Origin: an uncultured beta proteobacterium
GTDB taxonomy: Bacteria > Pseudomonadota > Gammaproteobacteria > Burkholderiales > Burkholderiaceae_C
Reading direction: 5' to 3'
DNA: 64,000 nt
NCBI GenBank assembly: GCA_963750785.1
Contig: CAVVSC010000010.1
Coordinates: forward strand, 67,767-131,766
Part shown: positions 57,936-64,000 of the stretch, piece after piece
Numbering within the stretch: position 1 is the first letter of the stretch
Layout of the letters: every line of letters begins with the position of its first letter
Position numbers and translations under genes: made by a program
The notes under the pieces: model-generated
What the model was told of the DNA's origin: nothing
The model's database searches: none
Seen by the model: the letters and a program-made list of their open reading frames with translations, nothing else

Positions 57936-58601
57936 ATGCTGGAACTCCTGACGCTGCGCAAAGGCTTTGCGAACACGCCCGTTTTTGACGGGATTTCTCT
58001 CTCACTGAAGGCTGGCGAATTCGTCGCCTTGCTGGGCGAATCGGGCGTAGGCAAAAGCACGCTGCTCAATTGCATTGCGGGCCTGGATGAGCCGGACGGT
58101 GGCGAGGTGCGCGTCCAGGGGACTGCCTTGCACGCCTTGTCCGAAGCGGCACGCGCGCGGATGCGGCGTGAAAGCCTGGGTTTCGTCTTCCAGGCCTTCC
58201 ATGTGCTGCCGCACCTGACCGTGGCCGAGAACGTCGGCCTGCCCCTGCGCCTGCTGGGTCGCCTGGACGAAGCCCGTGTCACCGCAGTGCTGGTGGCTGT
58301 CGGTCTGGAAGGTCTGGGTGCCCGGTTGCCGGCGCAGTTGTCCGGCGGACAGTTGCAACGGGTGGCCATTGCGCGCGCGGTGGTGCATTCACCGCGGCTG
58401 ATCCTGGCGGATGAACCCACCGGCAACCTGGACCCCGGCACCGCGCAGAAGGTGCTGGCCGTGCTGCGCCAGCAGGTTCGCGACACTGGCGCGGCTTGCC
58501 TGTTGGTCACGCACTCGGCCGCCGCGGCGGCGGCAGCCGACCGCGTGCTGACACTCACCACGCACGGTGTGCACGAAGGTGCCGTGGGCACGGTGGCGTG
58601 A
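57936..58601 (+). CDS. ABC ATPase (LolD/MacB/YbbA-like)
   Basis: GESGVGKST, LSGGQLQR and ADEPTGNLD. Confidence 0.92.
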   Translation: MLELLTLRKGFANTPVFDGISLSLKAGEFVALLGESGVGKSTLLNCIAGLDEPDGGEVRVQGTALHALSEAARARMRRESLGFVFQAFHVLPHLTVAENVGLPLRLLGRLDEARVTAVLVAVGLEGLGARLPAQLSGGQLQRVAIARAVVHSPRLILADEPTGNLDPGTAQKVLAVLRQQVRDTGAACLLVTHSAAAAAAADRVLTLTTHGVHEGAVGTVA

Positions 58602-61120
58602 ACCTGCCGCCGTTCTGGTCGCTGTTGTCGCTGCTGGTCCGCCGCGAATGGCGCCACCACCCCTGGCGGCATGCCGCCGCGCTGATGGCCGTGGCGCTGG
58701 GCGTGGCGCTGGCGTATTCGGTGCACCTCATCAACAGCTCCGCGCTGGCGGAGTTCTCGTCGGCCGTGCGGGCCGCCAATGGCGACGCCGACCTGTCGCT
58801 GCGTGGCCGTGGCTTTGACGACGCGCTATTCGACCGCGTCGCCGCCGATCCCGCCGTGCAAGGGGCGAGCCCGCTGCTGGAAGTCGACACCTACGGCCGC
58901 GCAGCGGACGGCAAGCGCGTGCCCCTGCGCGTGCTGGGCCTGGACGTGCTGCGCGCCGCGCGCCTGGCACCCACGCTGGTGCCGCAGGCCGCCGCGGGCG
59001 AAGACAGGCTGGTGTTCCTGGACCCGGACGTGGGCTTCCCCAATTCAGCCGCACGAGACGCGCTCAAGGTCGAGGCGGGCCAGACCGTGTCCCTGCAGGC
59101 TGGCCCGGCGTACACGGCCGTGCGTGTGGCCGGCTGGGTGGCCGGGGGTGGCACGCCCCTGGTGGTGATGGACCTGGCCGGCGCCCAGCAGCGCTTTGAT
59201 GCCATCGGCCGCCTCACCCGCATCGACCTGCGTCTGGCGCCGGGCACTGACGTGGCCGCACTCCTGGCGCGTTGGGCGCTGCCGGCGGGCGTGGCGGCCG
59301 CTGCGCCGGGTGAATCGGAACAGCGTGTGTCCAACCTGTCGCGCGCCTACCGCGTGAACCTCACCGTGCTGGCCTTGGTGGCCCTGTTCGTGGGCGCCTT
59401 CCTGGTGTTCAGCGTGGTGTCATTGTCCGTGGCGCAACGCACGCCGGCCTTCGCGCTGCTGGGCGTGCTGGGGTTGAGCGCGGTGGAGCGCCGACGTTGG
59501 GTGCTGGCGGAATGCACCTTGCTGGGCGCGGCCGGCAGTGCCTTGGGCTTGCTGATGGGCGCCGGCATGGCCGCCGCCGCCCTGCGTTTGCTGGCTGGCG
59601 ACCTGGGTGGCGGCTACTTCCCGGGCATCGTCCCGCCGCTGCAGGTGGGGGTGCTGGACACGCTGGTGTTCGCGCTGCTGGGCGTGGCTTCTGCGGTGGC
59701 GGGCGGCTGGTGGCCGGCACGGCAGGCCGAGGCGCTGTCGCCCGCGCAGGCGCTCAAGGGCCTGGGCGAAGTGCTGGGTGCTGCGCCGCCAGCCTGGCCC
59801 GGCTGCTTGCTCCTGGCGCTGGGCGCCGCGGCCGCCTTTGCGCCACCCATTGCCGGGCTGCCGCTGGCGGCCTACGCAGCGGTGGCGGCCCTGCTCTTTG
59901 GTGGCGTGGCGCTGATCCCGGCCCTGGTCCACCTGCTGCTGTCTGCCGTGCCGGCGCCGCAAGCTGCGCTGCCGCTGCTGGCGCTGCGCCGCGCGCGGTT
60001 TCAGCGGCGAACCGCCACGGCGGCGGTCGCCGGCGTGGTGTCCAGCCTGGCTTTGTCGGTGGCCTTGACCGTGATGGTGGCCAGCTTCCGCGACGGTGTC
60101 AGCCGATGGCTGGACTCGGTGTTGCCCGCCGACCTGTACGCACGCAGCGCCGGCAGCAGCGGCGCGGCTGACAACGCCTGGCTGCCGCCGGACTTTGCCG
60201 GCCGCGCGGCCGCCGTGCCCGGCGTGGCACGGGTCGAAGCGGCCCGGCAGCAGGCCCTGCCCTGGGCGCCAGGCCGGCCCAGCGTGGGGCTGATCGCCCG
60301 GCCCATGGCGGACCCGGCCGCAGCCCTGCCGCTGCTGGAAGCGCCCTTGCCCACCAGCCGCCTGCAAGAAGGGGAAGTGGCCGTCTACGTCAGCGAAGCC
60401 ATGGTGGCGCTGTATGGCAGTACGGCGGGCAGCGCCGTCACCCTGCCCCTGGCGCAAGGACCGGTGCGCGCGCGGGTCCTGGGCGTGTGGCGCGACTATG
60501 TGCGCCAATTTGGCGCGGTGGCCATGGCGGCCAGCGACTACCAGCGCCTGACCGGCGACACCCGCATCAACGACCTGGCCTTGTGGTTGCAACCCGGTGC
60601 CGACTTCGCACAGGTGCAGCAAGGACTGCGGGCTCTGCTGACCGACCCCGGCCTGCTGGAGTTTTCAGCCAGCCGGGACCTGCGGCAGCTGTCGCTGCGC
60701 ATCTTCGACCGCAGCTTTGCCGTCACCTACTACCTGCAGGCGGTGGCCATCGCCATCGGGCTGGTGGGCATCGCGGCCAGCTTGTCTGCCCAGGTGCTGG
60801 CGCGGCGCAAGGAATTCGGGCTGCTGGCGCACCTGGGCCTGACCCGGGCGCAGGTGGTGGTCATCGTGGCCGGCGAAGCGGCCGCCTGGCTGGCTGCCGG
60901 CGTGCTGGCCGGCCTGCTGCTGGGCCTGGCCATCAGCATGGTGCTGGTCTTCGTGGTCAACCCGCAGAGCTTCCACTGGACGATGGAACTGGTGCTGCCG
61001 CTGGGCCGCCTGGCCCTGTTGGCCGCGGCCGTGATGGCAGCGGGCGTGGCCACCGCGGCGGTCTGCGCGCGGCAGGCGGCGTCGCGCCAGGCCGTGCTGT
61101 CGGTGAAGGAAGACTGGTGA
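58598..61120 (+). CDS. FtsX/MacB-like double ABC permease (YbbP/AttFG-like)
   Basis: Two MacB_PCD + FtsX modules; SVAQRTPAFALL and ARRKEFGLLAHLG; GTGA overlap with the ATPase stop. Confidence 0.87.
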   Translation: MNLPPFWSLLSLLVRREWRHHPWRHAAALMAVALGVALAYSVHLINSSALAEFSSAVRAANGDADLSLRGRGFDDALFDRVAADPAVQGASPLLEVDTYGRAADGKRVPLRVLGLDVLRAARLAPTLVPQAAAGEDRLVFLDPDVGFPNSAARDALKVEAGQTVSLQAGPAYTAVRVAGWVAGGGTPLVVMDLAGAQQRFDAIGRLTRIDLRLAPGTDVAALLARWALPAGVAAAAPGESEQRVSNLSRAYRVNLTVLALVALFVGAFLVFSVVSLSVAQRTPAFALLGVLGLSAVERRRWVLAECTLLGAAGSALGLLMGAGMAAAALRLLAGDLGGGYFPGIVPPLQVGVLDTLVFALLGVASAVAGGWWPARQAEALSPAQALKGLGEVLGAAPPAWPGCLLLALGAAAAFAPPIAGLPLAAYAAVAALLFGGVALIPALVHLLLSAVPAPQAALPLLALRRARFQRRTATAAVAGVVSSLALSVALTVMVASFRDGVSRWLDSVLPADLYARSAGSSGAADNAWLPPDFAGRAAAVPGVARVEAARQQALPWAPGRPSVGLIARPMADPAAALPLLEAPLPTSRLQEGEVAVYVSEAMVALYGSTAGSAVTLPLAQGPVRARVLGVWRDYVRQFGAVAMAASDYQRLTGDTRINDLALWLQPGADFAQVQQGLRALLTDPGLLEFSASRDLRQLSLRIFDRSFAVTYYLQAVAIAIGLVGIAASLSAQVLARRKEFGLLAHLGLTRAQVVVIVAGEAAAWLAAGVLAGLLLGLAISMVLVFVVNPQSFHWTMELVLPLGRLALLAAAVMAAGVATAAVCARQAASRQAVLSVKEDW

Positions 61121-62169
61121 ACCCGCAGCGCCGCGCCTGGCTGATAGGTCTGGCAGGCCTGACCGCGGCCGGGGCTGGCCGCGCGCAACGCGGCCCAGCG
61201 CTGAACTTCCCACTTGACCACGGCGCGCACCCGGCCACCCGCACCGAGTGGTGGTACGCCACGGGCTGGCTGGGTACCGAACAAGCGCCCAGCCAGGGTT
61301 TCCAGGTGACCTTCTTCCGCAGCCGCACAGGCCTGGCAGAAGGCAATCCCAGCCGCTTTGCCGCTCGCCAGCTGCTGTTTGCGCATGCGGCCCTGAGCCG
61401 GTTGGGCACGACACCCACCCATGAACATGACCAGTGCATCACCCGTTGGAACGGCGACCCGGCGGCAGGCTTGGCGCGCAGCGCGGACGACCACGGCGAC
61501 GTGCGCATCGGTGCCTGGCGCTTGCTAGACGCAGGCACGCACTGGCAAGCCACCGTGCCGGCACGCAGCTTTGCGCTGGACCTGCGCCTGACCCGCACCC
61601 AGCCTTTGCTGCTGCAGGGCGCAGCGGGTGTGTCACGCAAGGGGCCGGACGAGCGCCAGGTCAGCCGCTACTACAGCGAAGTGCAACTGGCTGCACAAGG
61701 CGGCAAGCAGACCGGCCGCGCCTGGCTGGATCACGAGTGGAGTGACGAGATCCTGCACCCCGATGCGGTGGGCTGGGACTGGATGGGCATGAACCTGTTC
61801 GACGGCAGCGCGCTGACCGCTTTCGTGCTGCGCCGCAAGGACGGCACGGCGCTGTGGGCCGGCGGCAGCTTCAGGCCGGCCGGCGCTGCGGTCCGTGCGT
61901 TTGCACCGGCGGAGGTTCGCATGACGCCGGGTCGGCGCTGGTCCAGCCCGGCGACGGCGTCGGCCTACCCGGTGGAGTGGACCGTGGACACGCCAGCCGG
62001 CCGCCACACCGTGCGCGCCCTGGCCGACGCGCAGGAACTGGACAGCCGCGGCAGTACCGGTTCGGTCTATTGGGAAGGACTGAGCGAACTGCTCGACACG
62101 CAGGGCCGCCGCGTGGGGCTGGGCTACCTCGAGATGACGGGCTACGCGGCGCCGCTGCGCTTGCGCTGA
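61117..62169 (+). CDS. CrtC/AttH-like lipocalin-domain periplasmic protein, Tat-like signal
   Basis: PQRRAWL; DHGAHP...EWWYATG; GFQVTFFR; WLDHEWS; GWDWMG; YWEG; GYLEMTGY. Confidence 0.85.
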   Translation: MNPQRRAWLIGLAGLTAAGAGRAQRGPALNFPLDHGAHPATRTEWWYATGWLGTEQAPSQGFQVTFFRSRTGLAEGNPSRFAARQLLFAHAALSRLGTTPTHEHDQCITRWNGDPAAGLARSADDHGDVRIGAWRLLDAGTHWQATVPARSFALDLRLTRTQPLLLQGAAGVSRKGPDERQVSRYYSEVQLAAQGGKQTGRAWLDHEWSDEILHPDAVGWDWMGMNLFDGSALTAFVLRRKDGTALWAGGSFRPAGAAVRAFAPAEVRMTPGRRWSSPATASAYPVEWTVDTPAGRHTVRALADAQELDSRGSTGSVYWEGLSELLDTQGRRVGLGYLEMTGYAAPLRLR

Positions 62170-62176
62170 ACCGGCC

Positions 62177-63025
62177 TCAGTGAGGCCTTGCGCGGTGGTC
62201 GTCGCGCCAGGACCCGCTGCGCAGCCGGCTCAGGTCCACCGGCGCGGCACGCACGCAGTTGCCACCGGCCTGGCGCGCGGCCAGCACGGCGTCCTGCGCA
62301 TCGTCGATCAAGGCCTGCAGGTTCAGGTGCGCCGGGCGCAGTTGCGCCACGCCGACGCTGACGGTCACACGCAGCCGGCGGGCTGCCGTTTCCTCGTGGA
62401 AGGGCACTTCCATCTGCTCGGTGCGTTCTCGGATGCGCTCGGCCACGTCCAGGGCCCCGGTGGGGTCGGCATGGGCCAGAAAGACGGCCATCTGCGAATC
62501 GGAAAAGCGGGTCAGCAGGTCGGCCCCGCGCAGTGTGGGCAAGGTCTGGCGCAGCATCTCGGCCAGCACGGCGTCGGTGGCGGCTCCGCCGCGGGATTCC
62601 GCCAGGCGGGCAAAGCGGTCCACGTCCACCAGCAAGAGCGCAGCGCCACTGCCATAGCGGCGCGAACGCGACCATTCGCGGCCGGACAGTTCCATGAAGA
62701 GTTCGCGTGTCGTGCCGGCCGGGCTGTGCAGTGCACCGGCCGAAGCCGCGCCGCCGCGGGTCACGCGCTGCAGCAGCAAGGCGGCGGGCAGCGCCGCGGC
62801 CGCCACGCCGAGCGCTGCCGCCAGGGGAGCGATCCAGACGGCTGCACCCAACCAGAACGCCAGGCCCCAGGACACCAGGCCCGCCAGCAAGGCGGCCGCC
62901 AGGATCAGGCCGGCAGCCAGCGCGGGCAAAGGCAGGCGCAGCACAGCCAAACCCTTGCGGGTGCGCTGCGCGGCGTCGGGCGGTGCCAAGTTGGGCACTG
63001 GCGGGGGCGTTTTGGGAAGGCTCAT
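62177..63025 (-). CDS. Membrane-anchored degenerate GGDEF-domain protein
   Basis: 2 TM plus GGDEF fold (LLLVDVDRF...VTVSVGVA...GGNCV); the GGDEF position reads SDSQM; RGAD I-site present. Confidence 0.8.
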   Translation of the reverse strand: MSLPKTPPPVPNLAPPDAAQRTRKGLAVLRLPLPALAAGLILAAALLAGLVSWGLAFWLGAAVWIAPLAAALGVAAAALPAALLLQRVTRGGAASAGALHSPAGTTRELFMELSGREWSRSRRYGSGAALLLVDVDRFARLAESRGGAATDAVLAEMLRQTLPTLRGADLLTRFSDSQMAVFLAHADPTGALDVAERIRERTEQMEVPFHEETAARRLRVTVSVGVAQLRPAHLNLQALIDDAQDAVLAARQAGGNCVRAAPVDLSRLRSGSWRDDHRARPH

Positions 63026-63162
63026 CGTCGCGGGATCAGTCCCCGTATTCGACCACATCCGGCTGGAACTGAAGGGCCATCTGCTCACGGGGGGTGATGC
63101 CGACCCAGACGCAAGCCGTGACACAAGTGGTGGCGCAAGCCGGCCGCATAGACTCGTGCCCC

Positions 63163-64000
63163 ATGGCTGATGACAAACAACGCCCGGCTGCGGCCACGCC
63201 GCGATCGCTGTCCGGGCTGCTCCCTTTCATACGGCCCTACCGGGGCCGTGTGGCACTGGCAGGGCTGTTTCTGGTGCTGGCTGCGGCCAGCACCTTGGCT
63301 TTCCCGGTGGCACTGAAAGTGCTCATCGACCAGGGCCTGGTCGCCACCGACCCCGGTGAACGCGTGATGGCGCTGCGCGGCCACTTCCTGGCCCTGTTTG
63401 GCGTCGCCGCGGCCCTGGGTGGCTTTTCCGCTGCTCGCTTCTACATGGTCAGCTGGCTGGGCGAACGCATCACCGCCGACCTGCGCAATGCCGTGTATGC
63501 CCACGTGTTGAGGCAAAGCCCAGAATTCTTCGAAACCACCAAGACCGGCGAGGTGCTGTCGCGTCTGACCACGGACACGACCCTGGTGCAGACAGTCGTC
63601 GGCAGCAGCCTCAGCATGGGCTTGCGCAATGTCGTCATGGGCATTGGCGCCATGGTGATGCTGGTGGTGACCAACCCTCTGGTGATGACCCAGGTGCTGG
63701 GCATCCTGGTGCTGGTGGTGTTGCCGGGCGTGTACTTCGGCCGCCGCGTGCGCAAGCTCAGCCGTGCCAGCCAGGACCGCGTGGCCGACTCCAGCGCCAT
63801 CGCAGCCGAGGTGCTGGGCGAGATCCCCGTGGTGCAAAGCTACGTGCAGGAAAGCCGCGAAGCGACGCGGTTCGCCAACAGCACCGAAGAAGCTTTCGCC
63901 ACGGCCCGCAAGCGCACGCGCGTACGGGCGCTGCTGGTGGCGTTCATGATCACCGCCACCTTCGGCGCGCTGCTGTGGGGCCTGTACCAGGGCACGCAGG
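63163..64000 (+). CDS. ABC exporter, MsbA-like fused permease/ATPase, 3'-truncated by the window edge
   Basis: LLPFIRPYR...WLGERITADLRNAVYAHVL...FFETTKTGEVLSRLTTDT; open to the window end. Confidence 0.9.
   Translation, partial: MADDKQRPAAATPRSLSGLLPFIRPYRGRVALAGLFLVLAAASTLAFPVALKVLIDQGLVATDPGERVMALRGHFLALFGVAAALGGFSAARFYMVSWLGERITADLRNAVYAHVLRQSPEFFETTKTGEVLSRLTTDTTLVQTVVGSSLSMGLRNVVMGIGAMVMLVVTNPLVMTQVLGILVLVVLPGVYFGRRVRKLSRASQDRVADSSAIAAEVLGEIPVVQSYVQESREATRFANSTEEAFATARKRTRVRALLVAFMITATFGALLWGLYQGTQ

Noticed and set aside
6002-58726. Apparent fusion proteins from over-long ORF calls (6002-7669, 35499-37364, 45772-47598, 45859-47073, 57062-58726)
   Set aside because: The extensions are antisense to neighbouring real genes; the true starts are at the family N-termini (rlmB, tartrate DH, pyrD, rpiA, SDR).
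61117-62169. Photosynthesis or carotenoid gene cluster (CrtC-like gene plus HiPIP)
   Set aside because: No bch, puf or other crt genes are present. The AttH-like family and HiPIPs also occur in non-phototrophs.
63036-63149. 37-aa ORF (MRPACATTC...MALQFQPDVVEYGD) upstream of the GGDEF gene
   Set aside because: It would leave only 13 bp for two divergent promoters and has no clear RBS, so it is unsupported without Ribo-seq.
253-63837. Many long antisense or alternate-frame ORFs (e.g. 253-1725, 9645-11318, 13621-15423, 25235-27271, 33232-34926, 39152-40864)
   Set aside because: They shadow well-supported genes and lack recognisable motifs. Such ORFs are expected in high-GC DNA, where stop codons are rare.

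Overview
GC-rich, gene-dense chromosomal window, most likely from a Burkholderiales betaproteobacterium (inferred from EarP with Arg32 EF-P, a HiPIP and the hupB-tRNA-Val-ppiD order). It holds about 60 CDS and 2 tRNAs (His-GTG, Val-TAC). Most genes are housekeeping or metabolic: gloB, mltD, rlmB, rhlE, ettA, icmF, trkAH, ppiD, hupB, pgsA, uvrC, earP-efp, mnmC, rpiA, pyrD, scoAB and ggt. There are also three two-component pairs. I found no integrase, IS, prophage or CRISPR array. The best candidate for an undescribed system is an orphan LanC-like gene with intact catalytic and Zn motifs that starts 1 nt after a gamma-glutamyltransferase, whose own RBS and start codon lie in a perfect 13-bp hairpin. 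Other leads are a stand-alone RelA/SpoT-domain gene behind tRNA-His, a structured 65-bp tandem repeat before pgsA, a Cys4 mini-protein in front of HiPIP, an unannotated 58-aa ORF, a triple 12-bp repeat, a divergent OMPLA and a degenerate GGDEF protein with an intact I-site. All family assignments come from motif recognition by eye; no database searches were run.
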